This document shows positions 9,437-20,100 of a DNA stretch of 64,000 bases, piece after piece; positions within the stretch are counted from its first letter, which is position 1; every line of letters begins with the position of its first letter. The notes under the pieces were generated by a model, which had not been told where the DNA came from, made no database searches, and saw only the letters and a program-made list of their open reading frames with translations. Source of the stretch: a virus; IMG/VR virus record IMGVR_UViG_3300030060_002841, positions 14,246 through 78,245 of that record. The stretch is one strand, 5' to 3'. The translations under genes were made by a program, and so were the position numbers.

Positions 9437-12400
9437 ATGATACCTAGTAATACTGGATCAAATTCTAATAGTGGGTGTACGCCCATATCTTCAAATTGTG
9501 TAATTTGGCAAGGACCTAATATATCTTGTTTAGATCTTTGCACAGGTGATACCATTAGTGTAGTAATTGCAACATTAGCAGAGAAAATATGTGATATTAT
9601 ACAGGGTGCTGTTAATATAGAGATAGGTGATATAGATGGTCAATGTGTGGTTGATGATATTTTAAATCAAAATATTGACTTTGAAAATGGTGGTATAACT
9701 GCATGGATCCAAGGTATTATAAATGTTCTTTGTTCTCATGGTCCTCATGGGGGTGGAGGTGTAGATGAAGATCATGATCATCCTCATGAACATGATCCTG
9801 TATCATTACCTGTTCCTAAATGTATTCAATCTTATCTTCCTGGTGGTACAACTACAATGCCTCTTACAGGAGTTAGTATTGCATTACAGAACGGAGGTAA
9901 TGCAGCTTTTTTAGCTGCTTTAGATGGGACACCTTCTGATGGTGTAGTTACTGGTTGGGGTGAATTAATTGGAAATGCTATTTGTTATATACTTGACTTT
10001 TGTTGTCATAGTAGTGTATTACCTGATGGTATGGGTGGCGGAGGATTATCAAGTGGTAATGTAAGAGGTTTAGCTTCTAGAGTAAGAAAGTTAGAACAAC
10101 AACCTGCTACTGTATATGTACCACCTAAAGTTACTCCTAAATATGTAACTAATAATGTAGGTAAAGCTCAAGATATGAATGTAGTATTAACTGCATTAGA
10201 AAATGAGTTTGGTATATTAAGAAAAGCAACAGGTTTAGCGGGTGCTATAAGAGAAGCTATTAAGAGACAACCTATTGCATTAAACGTAGAAGGAAGATTA
10301 AATGGAACAGGAACCATGTCTGCATTACCTGGATGGTATACACAACCAGCTACATTAGGAGAGTCTTTATCAAATTTATGGCTTACTACTACAGACATGA
10401 GAAATGCTATTAAAGATTTACAAAAAAATTCAACTAAGACACATTGTAGTGATATTGTATTTGATTACAAAGCTTCTTTAGTTAAAAGTGGAGGTGGTAC
10501 TGTAACAGGTATTAAATTAGATTTTACAGGATTAAGTGTACCTTCTACTTTTTCAGATATAGGTACAGGTTCACTAATTACAATCAAAGATGCTTCTTTA
10601 AATTCTAAGACAACATATTTACAAACACACACTTACCAAAATACACAAGATGGATATACTATTGATATTGGAAATTTAAGTGTTACAGAAAATTATGAAA
10701 TAACGGTAGATTTTGCTTTTTCTGACGGGGCTTCAGAATGTGCTAAAAGTGTTGTAGTTGCATTAGCAAATAATGTAGCATTTCCTACTATTGCATTTAG
10801 TGATCAAACAACTTCTAGTTTTAGATATACAGCAAGTGGAATAAGCACTACTGCTGGTTATACAGTTCAAATAATAACAGAGTCACTTACAGGTGGTCAA
10901 GTTCAAGTTGATACTTATTCAAATCCTGGTGCTAGTGTAACAGCTGTAGTAAAAGGATTAGTAGCTGGTCAAACATATAATGTATTTAGTAGATTAACAG
11001 GATCAGGTTGTTCTGTAGCAAATGATTCTACAAAAAGTTCTGTTTCTACATTAACAGCAACATGTACAAGTGTTAAAGTAATATCTGCTGATTATAAGAC
11101 TGCAACTACAGATGTAAGATCTGGCGCATCAGTTTTAAGTTTATTATGTTATAATGATAGTGTAAATACAACATATACAGTTGCTACATTTGATGATGAT
11201 AATAATCCTATTGTTTATAAAGCAACAACAGTATTAAGTGGAATAACATGTGCTCCAGCATCTGGTGCTCAAACTGTTGGTGGTAATGCAATATCTATAG
11301 ATCCCACATACATGTTAACATGTGGATCAACAGTATATCCTGCAACTGGATTTAGCACAACTACACCTGGAGGTTGGAGATATGTAGATACAATACAAGG
11401 ACCTGATGCTGTATCTTATTATGTATATGCATTATATGATGAAACAAATAAAGAAATTGATGAAGTAGTATTTTGTTGTGATTGTTCAGGTTTAACTGCT
11501 ATACCAGCTTCTGAAGGGGACACAATATACTGTAAAACAGGAGGTTCAAGAACAACACAACTCGGATTAAGAGGTTATACAGGGGGTGCAACATCTCCAA
11601 CATGGACTAGAGTTTCAGAACCTTTATATGGAACATTAACATATAATTCAGCTCAAAGCACAAGTACTGATGGATCATGGACATATACAAATACACAAAC
11701 AGATGATACAGCTTGGACTGGAGATTCATTTACATTAAGAGCAACTAATGATTGTGGTACAACTGCTGATTATATTATATCAGTTCAAAAATCTGAAATA
11801 CTTCCATTTAGAGATACTAATATGTTTGTATTTGTAGATACAACTTCTTTTACATCTACAGAAGGTGATGCTATAAAAACACAGTTTGAGGCTGCTAAAA
11901 CACAATTAGCAATTAATTGTCCTACTTGGACTGGTACTATTTATTATATTCCAATTAATGGAAGTAATGCTGGAGACTATTTAAAAATACCAAAGGCATT
12001 AATTGATATGCATAATGGAGCTTCAGGTAGTGTGACAGTTGAAACACATGCTGATTGGAATTCATTTAAATCATTACCTCCTTATTGGGTTGCTGCTACA
12101 AAGTCTGATACACCATCTTCTGCAGTAACATGGGTATTTACTAATACAACTTCTTTAAATGGTAATTATGGTAATGCTTTATTATCAGATGGAACAACGT
12201 TTGCTCCTACATCAACTTATTTAGCTGATTACGAAGCATTGCAAGATATTAAGAATGCTACTACTAATTCAACATGGGGAGGTTCTAACATGCCAGGATT
12301 TAGACAATTTGGTACAACTACAGCTGCTGACTTTAATTATGTTCAAATTTTAGTTCCTAAACTTACAGGATCTACAAATGAAAGTGCAGCAACAGTATTA

Positions 12401-13000
12401 CAAATGGCAACTGCATTATTAGGTAAGAATGTATTACTTGCAGAATATAATGGTATAAAAGCAGGAAAAATAAAATTCCCAGTAAATCTTAAACCTTATA
12501 TACTTGATGGAACTGCACCTGCTATACAACCTTATTCAGGCAATACATCAGCAGGAACAGCAATAGTTGGTTTAACAACTTTAAAATTTACTACAAACTT
12601 TACATTTGAACAAGATGATTCATTTAGTTCTAATATGATTTTAGATATAATTGGTAATGGACCAAATCTATTTAACAATGGTTATGTATTAGATTGTCCT
12701 CCAGCTGATGCGCCTTGTAAAGTTATGACAAGTGATACAGGATCTACTGTATGGCGTTATAGTGCTTCAGGTGCTTCACATGCTTGTAGTAGTCCTAGTG
12801 CAACAATAGAGATATGGAACTCAACAGGTAATGTATTTGGAACAGGACTTGCATTTAAAAATCAAGGAGGATGTTGTACAAATACAGCAGCTCAAGAAAT
12901 AGATACAGGATATTATGCAGCTGATACTGGAGCTTCAGGTAAAACAGTAGCTTTATATACAAAAACAGTAGGATGGAGTGGAACAACAACTTGTCCTTAA
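9437..13000 (+). CDS. Large Cys/Thr-rich virion appendage (fibre/receptor-binding-like) protein
   Basis: 1187 aa; N-terminal CTPISSNCVIWQGP module, coiled segment, FN3-like repeat (GLVAGQTYNV), Ig/cadherin-like repeat (PLYGTL..WTYT..DSFT), possible vWA-like domain (FVFVDTTS). Confidence 0.55.
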   Translation: MIPSNTGSNSNSGCTPISSNCVIWQGPNISCLDLCTGDTISVVIATLAEKICDIIQGAVNIEIGDIDGQCVVDDILNQNIDFENGGITAWIQGIINVLCSHGPHGGGGVDEDHDHPHEHDPVSLPVPKCIQSYLPGGTTTMPLTGVSIALQNGGNAAFLAALDGTPSDGVVTGWGELIGNAICYILDFCCHSSVLPDGMGGGGLSSGNVRGLASRVRKLEQQPATVYVPPKVTPKYVTNNVGKAQDMNVVLTALENEFGILRKATGLAGAIREAIKRQPIALNVEGRLNGTGTMSALPGWYTQPATLGESLSNLWLTTTDMRNAIKDLQKNSTKTHCSDIVFDYKASLVKSGGGTVTGIKLDFTGLSVPSTFSDIGTGSLITIKDASLNSKTTYLQTHTYQNTQDGYTIDIGNLSVTENYEITVDFAFSDGASECAKSVVVALANNVAFPTIAFSDQTTSSFRYTASGISTTAGYTVQIITESLTGGQVQVDTYSNPGASVTAVVKGLVAGQTYNVFSRLTGSGCSVANDSTKSSVSTLTATCTSVKVISADYKTATTDVRSGASVLSLLCYNDSVNTTYTVATFDDDNNPIVYKATTVLSGITCAPASGAQTVGGNAISIDPTYMLTCGSTVYPATGFSTTTPGGWRYVDTIQGPDAVSYYVYALYDETNKEIDEVVFCCDCSGLTAIPASEGDTIYCKTGGSRTTQLGLRGYTGGATSPTWTRVSEPLYGTLTYNSAQSTSTDGSWTYTNTQTDDTAWTGDSFTLRATNDCGTTADYIISVQKSEILPFRDTNMFVFVDTTSFTSTEGDAIKTQFEAAKTQLAINCPTWTGTIYYIPINGSNAGDYLKIPKALIDMHNGASGSVTVETHADWNSFKSLPPYWVAATKSDTPSSAVTWVFTNTTSLNGNYGNALLSDGTTFAPTSTYLADYEALQDIKNATTNSTWGGSNMPGFRQFGTTTAADFNYVQILVPKLTGSTNESAATVLQMATALLGKNVLLAEYNGIKAGKIKFPVNLKPYILDGTAPAIQPYSGNTSAGTAIVGLTTLKFTTNFTFEQDDSFSSNMILDIIGNGPNLFNNGYVLDCPPADAPCKVMTSDTGSTVWRYSASGASHACSSPSATIEIWNSTGNVFGTGLAFKNQGGCCTNTAAQEIDTGYYAADTGASGKTVALYTKTVGWSGTTTCP

Positions 13001-13018
13001 TAATTAAATAATAAAGAA

Positions 13019-13651
13019 ATGGCACATTGTAATAATTGCAAAACACATATAACACCAGCTGGTTGCGGATGTAACACAGGCAGTTTAAGTATATCTCCAG
13101 AATATCTTAATAGTGCTCATCATTGTGATCTTCCAACTGATTGTTGTGAAGATGTGCAATGTTTAGAATGTGTTACAGATTGTCAATTAAGTAATCAATA
13201 TTCAGTTGATTATGCTAATTCTACATTTAGTGTATTTAAAGGAGAATCATTAGATAGTATAGTGCAAAAATTAATGTTATGGAGTAATCCTACTAATCAA
13301 GCACTATGGAATTATATGGTTCCTTTATTTTATTTAAAAGGTGTTACTAGTACAAGTGTTACTTTAAGATGGGGTAATTTATTAATTAATCCTGATTCTG
13401 AAGATGGTAATCCTTATATTGAAACTATAACTGTTCAATATAAAAATGCAGAAGGTGATCCACCTATTGACTGGACTCTTGTAAATGCAGATGCTTTAGA
13501 TGCAGCAACAGTTTCAGAATTTACAGTTACAAATGTAATGGTTACATTAAATCCAGGATCAACATATAAGTTTAGATTAATGGCTAACTATGCTGGGGAT
13601 AATCAAGATTCTGCATCAGTTGATTTATATGTGACAATACCTACAGAATAG
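13019..13651 (+). CDS. Cys-rich FN3-domain structural protein
   Basis: Cys-rich N-terminus; C-terminal FN3 signature (VTSTSVTLRW...LNPGSTYKFRL). Confidence 0.6.
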   Translation: MAHCNNCKTHITPAGCGCNTGSLSISPEYLNSAHHCDLPTDCCEDVQCLECVTDCQLSNQYSVDYANSTFSVFKGESLDSIVQKLMLWSNPTNQALWNYMVPLFYLKGVTSTSVTLRWGNLLINPDSEDGNPYIETITVQYKNAEGDPPIDWTLVNADALDAATVSEFTVTNVMVTLNPGSTYKFRLMANYAGDNQDSASVDLYVTIPTE

Positions 13652-13697
13652 CGAGAAGTGGAGGTTTTTTGTTGGTTTTAACTCTACCACACGCTTT

Positions 13698-13731
13698 GAA
13701 CCCTAGATATCAATCTGGGGTTCTTTTTTTT
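13698..13731 (+). terminator. Rho-independent terminator
   Basis: GAACCCTAGAT-atca-ATCTGGGGTTC (one G-U) followed by T8. Confidence 0.85.
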
Positions 13732-13739
13732 ATTAACAA

Positions 13740-13756
13740 TTTTTTATATATTAGCA
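13740..13756 (+). promoter_or_regulatory. Putative promoter (variant TATATTAG)
   Basis: ttttttaTATATTAGca between the terminator and ATG 13780. Confidence 0.45.
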
Positions 13757-13779
13757 ACACTAATTAATATAGCTATCTT

Positions 13780-14988
13780 ATGAATTTAAAACAAAAAGTG
13801 AAAAATGCACTTAAATGGAAAAAAAATACAGAGTATTGCGCAGAAAGATTAGGGATAACAGAAGAAGAGTTTGACAAAATAAAAAAAGAAATATATGCAG
13901 AAGAAAGAGAAAAAAGAAAAGAAGAAAGAGACATGGGATATGTTACAGATGATTGTACATCATCATATGACATTGAAAAAGGTCAAGGAAAAGTTACTGG
14001 AATATCACATACAGAACCTAAATCAGCAGAAGAAATTATACAACTATTAAATATTGATACAACAAAATGGAAGTTGTCACAATATTGGAATAAACAAATG
14101 TCAGATCACTGGCGAATATCAGCACTAATAACAAAGCTTAAAAATGATGATACAGCTCATATAGAGCAATTACTTGAGAATTGGCAACCTAAAACTTTTA
14201 AACCAGTTAAAAGAATTAAAAGCTCAAGTAAGAAAGATGTTTGTGCTATACTATCATTACAAGATATTCATTTTGGTAAGCAAGGTAATGAAACCATAGA
14301 TAAAGATTTTGAAGAAACTATTATGGATCTTGTAGAAAGAGCACACTCAGGTCATAACTTAAAAAAGATATTTTATATTGTAGGAGGTGATTTAATGAAT
14401 ATGGATACATGGGCAGGTACTACTACTAGTGGAACTCCATTAGATAATTGCTCAACAGCTACAGATGCATATATACAAGCTTTTAATGCTTTACATTGGA
14501 GTATTAATTTTATAAAACAATATTGTGATCAATTGCAAGTTGTATATATACCAGGTAATCATGATAGATTATCTTCATTTCATTTAGCCCATGCTTTATC
14601 TAAATCTATAAATGACTCTAATATACTTTGGGATACTACATATCTTGAAAGAAAAGTATATACTTGGGGTGATAACTTTTTTGCATTTGAACACGGAGAT
14701 GTAAATACTAAAAATTCACTTTTACTTTATGCTACGGAGTTTGCACAACAATGGGGTACTACAGCAAATAGAACTTTATTTACAGGTCATTTACATCATA
14801 AAAAGAAAGTAGAATATATAACTACAAATGAACGTACAGGTTTTATGTTAAAGATATTACCAAGCCTTTCTAGAACAGACTATTGGCACTATCATAACAA
14901 ATTTGTTGGATCTAAACGTTCAGGTGTTATAGAACTTCATGATTACACTAAAGGTAATATATGTGAATTAACATATTCACCAGATTAA
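13780..14988 (+). CDS. Calcineurin-like metallophosphoesterase with N-terminal HTH-like segment
   Basis: All five metallophos motifs are present: DIHFG, GGDL, PGNHD, EHGD, TGHLH; N-terminal CAERLGITEEEF is helix-turn-helix-like. Confidence 0.85.
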   Translation: MNLKQKVKNALKWKKNTEYCAERLGITEEEFDKIKKEIYAEEREKRKEERDMGYVTDDCTSSYDIEKGQGKVTGISHTEPKSAEEIIQLLNIDTTKWKLSQYWNKQMSDHWRISALITKLKNDDTAHIEQLLENWQPKTFKPVKRIKSSSKKDVCAILSLQDIHFGKQGNETIDKDFEETIMDLVERAHSGHNLKKIFYIVGGDLMNMDTWAGTTTSGTPLDNCSTATDAYIQAFNALHWSINFIKQYCDQLQVVYIPGNHDRLSSFHLAHALSKSINDSNILWDTTYLERKVYTWGDNFFAFEHGDVNTKNSLLLYATEFAQQWGTTANRTLFTGHLHHKKKVEYITTNERTGFMLKILPSLSRTDYWHYHNKFVGSKRSGVIELHDYTKGNICELTYSPD

Positions 14989-15020
14989 TCTATCTGTTAT
15001 AAAACTTTTATTAATCCTCT

Positions 15021-15045
15021 TTTTTTTGTAAATTATAATGTATAG
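15021..15045 (+). promoter_or_regulatory. Putative promoter (variant TAAATTAT)
   Basis: tttttttgTAAATTATaatgtatag; if real, the next gene more likely starts at ATG 15050. Confidence 0.45.
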
Positions 15046-15571
15046 TAATATGATAAGTAATTTTAAAGCTCCAGATTTAAACAAACCTAGATACAGAGAA
15101 AAAACTTTAAGTTTATTAAATGTGGATCTTATTAATGATTTTAAAGAAAAGTATCCTATATATAGAAATATAGATAATACAAAACTTAAAAATATTATTA
15201 AGTTATATAATGAGAAACTTTGGAAAGAGGTAATTAATAATAGGAATGGTGTAGAATTACCAGATTCTTTAGGTTATTTATTTATTGGTACTTGTCCATC
15301 TTCTAAAAGTGTTAATACAAATTATGCACTTTCAAAACAGTATGGTAAAGTATTACAAAATAAAAATTGGGAAACTGACGGGAAGATTGCTAAAATATTT
15401 TATACAAACTATTCTACTAAATATAGATTTAGGAATAGAGAATTATGGCAGTTTACTGCAGTTAGACAATTTAAAAGATCTGTAGCTCAAGAGTATCCGA
15501 AACAATGGAATAAGTACATTATTATGGAGAACAAAAAGAGAGTAGCAGAGATGTATAAAAATAAAAAATAA
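15038..15571 (+). CDS. IHF/HU-like DNA-binding protein (divergent)
   Basis: Basic 177 aa; helix-helix then GVELPDSLGYLFI (HU/IHF 'V.L.GFG.F'-like) and C-terminal FTAVRQFKRSV; crAss-like phages encode IHF-like genes at this position. The start may be 15050. Confidence 0.6.
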   Translation: MYSNMISNFKAPDLNKPRYREKTLSLLNVDLINDFKEKYPIYRNIDNTKLKNIIKLYNEKLWKEVINNRNGVELPDSLGYLFIGTCPSSKSVNTNYALSKQYGKVLQNKNWETDGKIAKIFYTNYSTKYRFRNRELWQFTAVRQFKRSVAQEYPKQWNKYIIMENKKRVAEMYKNKK

Positions 15572-15576
15572 ATAAT

Positions 15577-16248
15577 ATGACAACCATAGGTGATGTTGTA
15601 TCTAGAGTTAGAAATCAAGTAAAAGCAGAAATAGAAGATGCTTTTGTAACTGATAGATATTTATATAGTTTAATTCTAAAGTCAGCACAGGTTTTAATGA
15701 GAAGACAAGACAATGCTAATAAACTAATGAAATTTAATAGCATCTGGCAAACACTACCCTATGTAGAATTAGAGGAAGTAGATAAAATAGAAGCAGGTTG
15801 TAGTGGCATGAAAAGTGGTTGTACTATAATGAGAAGTAAACTTAAACTTCCAATATTTATGGAAGGTTATTGGGGACCGTTGATTAGAACAGTATCTTCT
15901 ATAGATGGTTCTATAGAGCTTAGTCCCACACAACCTGGTACATATACTTCTATGTCAAAAACTACATCATTTAAATATAATAAGACAAAATATTTTTGGT
16001 GGTTAAATGGATATATGTATCTGCCTAATGTAGATTGGGAAGCAATAAAAGTTGAAGGTGTATTTGAAGGTGATATATCAAAATGGAATTGTGAGGAAGA
16101 AGACAACTGTATGCCTAGGTATAAACAACAGTTTTATGTACCAGAATTTTTATTTGCAGAAATAGAACAGCAAGTAATTCAACAATTAATGATGACACTG
16201 AAAGTTCCTTCAGAGGATTCAGATAACAAACAAAATGTAAATAGATAA
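15577..16248 (+). CDS. Tail ring / tubular protein
   Basis: 223 aa; N-terminal TIGDVVSRVR helix, YFWWLNGYMY strand, C-terminal helix; upstream of the muzzle. Confidence 0.6.
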   Translation: MTTIGDVVSRVRNQVKAEIEDAFVTDRYLYSLILKSAQVLMRRQDNANKLMKFNSIWQTLPYVELEEVDKIEAGCSGMKSGCTIMRSKLKLPIFMEGYWGPLIRTVSSIDGSIELSPTQPGTYTSMSKTTSFKYNKTKYFWWLNGYMYLPNVDWEAIKVEGVFEGDISKWNCEEEDNCMPRYKQQFYVPEFLFAEIEQQVIQQLMMTLKVPSEDSDNKQNVNR

Positions 16249-17141
16249 TGGGAGATAGTGTATCACATAAATATAGAACTTTTAATCAACTACTGGAGGA
16301 TGTAAGTATTGATTTCCGTACATATGCTTTAGAAGGTATGATAGAACCTCAGCAATTAATTAAAGTTGCAACTAGAGTTAATTATGATCTTGGATTAAAA
16401 ATACATAGAACAAAAGAAGAAGTTATAGATGTTGATCATTTTAAATCTAAACTTCCAGATGATTTTGCATATTTAAACTATGCATGGGTTTGTGGAGAAT
16501 ATAAAGTATCTAATACACCACCATCTGGTACACATGTAGATACTACACATAAACAATATGTACCAAATCCTGATGGAGGTGATATAGGACCTTGTGATGA
16601 TCCTACATGTAAAGATGTGTGTACTGTACAAAAATGTGATAATCAAGATGGATATATGGTTATACAGTATACAGGTGGAGAACAATATAGAACATTTACA
16701 GAGTTTTTTCCATTAAGAATAAAACATAATAATTCTGTAGTTTGTGATTGTCCTAATTTAAGTGTACAGTCAGCAGATATAGCACAAGTTAAAGATGGCT
16801 ATTTATTAACTAATTTTGAATGTGGTAAAATTTATTTAAGTTATCAAGGAGCTATGGAAGATACAGAAGGTAATCTATTGGTATTAGATCATCCTTATTG
16901 TAATGAGTATTATGAATATGCACTAAAACAAAGAATTCTTGAAAACATGTTATTTAATGGTGAGCAAGTTTCTCAACAATTAGGATTAATTGAGCAAAAG
17001 CTTAGAGCTGCTAGGAATACTGCATTAGGTTTTGTTAATACTGGTAACTTTAAAGATTTCCAAAAGATTTGGGAAACAAATAGAAAAGCACAGTATCATA
17101 ATTATTATAATATGTTTAAAAGTCATCCAACACTAAGATAA
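16248..17141 (+). CDS. Tail ring/tubular protein (P22 gp4-like adaptor family)
   Basis: 297 aa; KLPDDF and GYLLTNFECGKIYLSYQG motifs; directly upstream of the muzzle as in crAss-like phages. Confidence 0.6.
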   Translation: MGDSVSHKYRTFNQLLEDVSIDFRTYALEGMIEPQQLIKVATRVNYDLGLKIHRTKEEVIDVDHFKSKLPDDFAYLNYAWVCGEYKVSNTPPSGTHVDTTHKQYVPNPDGGDIGPCDDPTCKDVCTVQKCDNQDGYMVIQYTGGEQYRTFTEFFPLRIKHNNSVVCDCPNLSVQSADIAQVKDGYLLTNFECGKIYLSYQGAMEDTEGNLLVLDHPYCNEYYEYALKQRILENMLFNGEQVSQQLGLIEQKLRAARNTALGFVNTGNFKDFQKIWETNRKAQYHNYYNMFKSHPTLR

Positions 17142-17147
17142 AGTATT

Positions 17148-20100
17148 ATGTCAAATAAACAGAAAGGCCATATACCAAAGCCCCCACAGTTTCAAAATAC
17201 TTCTAATAAAGATACAAGGATCTTTGTTAAAGGTATGCAGAAAGATTTGGACCCTACTGTTTTAGGTAAAGATGTTTGGACACATTGTATAAATTGCATT
17301 AATAATACAAAAGCTGGTGATGCGGGTACAGTTTCTAATGAACAAGGAAATAAAATATGTGCAGAAATTCCTTACACTGTAATAGGTGGTATTCATTTAT
17401 ATGGTGATAAATGGGTTATATATTCTACAGATGATGAAGCAAGTGAGATAGGTTTATTTGATGATAGTCAATGTACTTATGAAGCTATTGTAAATGATCC
17501 ATGTTTAAGTTTTGATAAACGTTATTTAATTACAGGAGCGTCTAAAGAGAATTTTGATTGTTCTTGGCAAGTATATTGGGATGATGGTTTAAATCCTTCT
17601 AGAACGCTTAATTTGGATAATATACCATACATGCAGCAGGTAGCTAATGAAGGAGAAGATTGTGTAGAGTATGAAAACATATTACCATTACAATTAGATT
17701 GTGAAAGAATTAGATTAGCACCTTTAATTGAAACACCAACCGTAGTATTAGAAAAATCTAAAACAGGTGGTAAACTTCCTAATGGTTCTTATCAAGCATT
17801 TATTGCTTATGCTGTAAATGAAAATAAAATTGGAGATTATTATACTTCTAATGTTCAAGCACTATTTGATCATGAGAGTCCATCTTCTGCTTTAAATATT
17901 AAACTTACAAATTTAGATACAAGATTTGAAGGTTTTAGATTAGTTATACTTTCAAATAATCAAGGTGTTCAAAAAGCTAAAGATATTGGGTATTATAGTA
18001 CAGAGCAAGATTTTATTACTATAGGTAACTTAGAAGATATTGGTATAACTGTACCAAAAGAACGTTTGCCAGAATATAACCCTGTTATAGAGAGATCTGA
18101 TAAGATGTTTGTAGTAAATGAATATTTAGTTAGAACAGGTCCTAGAGAAAATTTTAATTTTAATTATCAATGTTTAGCAAATAAAATAAAAACACGTTGG
18201 GTTTCTGTAGAATATCCTGCAGATTATTATAGACAAGGAGGTCATAATCCTACGTTTATGAGAGATGAGCAGTATGCATTTTTTATACGTTGGATATATA
18301 ATACAGGTGATAAATCAAGATCTTATCATATACCCGGACGTGAAGCTACAGAAGATGATCTTGTAGGTCCTCCAGCAAGTGAGGTATTGAATGCATATAC
18401 AGAAGATAGTTATTGGCAAGTTGCTAATACGGCTTATTACAATGCTGCACTTGATGTTGGTGGTATAGTATATGATGGTGGTATAGTTAGAGCAAAAGGT
18501 CAAATGGGATATTGGGAGTCTACAGAGTTATATCCCAATGATCCTGTTAGATGGTGTGATTTATGTAGTAAACCAATAAGACATCATAAAATGCCTGATG
18601 AGCAAACTATGATAAACCAACCGGAAAATTATACTGCAAGAAGTTCTGCAGATAATAAAAGAATATATGTTCTTGGTGTAGAGTTTGGTAATATTGCATG
18701 GCCTGTTGACAATGATGGTTTACCTATTCCTAATATTGTAGGTTATGAGATATTAACAGGAGACAGAACTGGATCAGAATCTATTGTATCAAAAGGTCTG
18801 ATAAGGAACATGCAAAAATACAGAATACCTGATAATGAAAGTAAGTCTGGTAAAACATCAGAATCACAAAGTGTAGAATCAGCTTTAGGAGTTCAAGGTT
18901 TATTTCCAAACTATCCTTATAATGATTTAGGAACAGATCCATATTTAAGTCAAACTGAAGTAGTAAAAGATAAAGATTTTGTTGGAATTAATGATTATTC
19001 TCATAAAATATTTACTTATCATTCTCCTGATACATCTTTTAATAGACCTTTTTTAGGAGCTCAGGAAATAAAACTATATGGACCAACAACTGGTTTTTCT
19101 CTTGGAAGATTTCAAACTTCTGAAGATCATCCTGGTCATAAGTTAATAAGAAATATTGGTGCTATTATAGCTCTTGTTATTGGGGCAGGTTATGCAATAA
19201 TGGAAATGCGTGGCCGTAAGAAGCAGATAATGAGAAATGCTACAGCTCTTTCTATTGGTCAAAATCCAGGTCCTTATGCTGATACAACATTTGATACAGA
19301 AGATAAATATGATCTTAACACTTCAAGTAGTTCTCTTAATCTTGGTCCTTTTGGTGGAGCTATTGGAGGCTCATCTACTTCTGGTGTTGTAGATACTACT
19401 GGTGAAACAACAGAAGACGTAGCAACAGATGGATCAGGAAATGCATTAGATGGTGCAGCTCCTGGTGCAGCTGCAGGTTCAGTTGCAGCAGATAATGCAG
19501 CAGCAAATGCACAAGCAATGGAAGATGGACAATCAAATGTTGAACAATCAGATGGTATTAGCATACCTCCAGCTCCTAATGTAAGTGCAGAACAGTTTCA
19601 AAATGTTTCTACTACTGGTGTTGTTATACCTGGTACTACACAAGATACAACAGATGATGTAAATACTGCAATGAATCCTGTAATATCTTCTGCAATAAAT
19701 GTTGATGGTAGTATACAAGCAGATCAAACAGCACAAGAAGAAGTTATTAAAAAAGTACCAGGTCATATTGGTCCTCAAAAACAAGTAGAATTTGAAGATA
19801 GTAGATATAAATCTTCACCTGGATTTATAGGTCAGGTATTTAAAATAATGTCATTTTTAAATTTAATGACTACAGGAGGTCAAGAAATTATTGACTTGAT
19901 ATATGAATTAATGAGTTTTCAAAATTATGCATTAAAATTTAACTCATATGGTTTATATGGAAATGAAGTACCAGTTGTTGGTAGATCAAGACATAGTTTA
20001 GTTCAAGCTAGATATTTAGCAAATAGTTTTCAAAACATGTCTGTAGGTGGTCAAAATTTTAGAATAAATAACTTACAAAGACCTAGAACTGTAGTAATTA

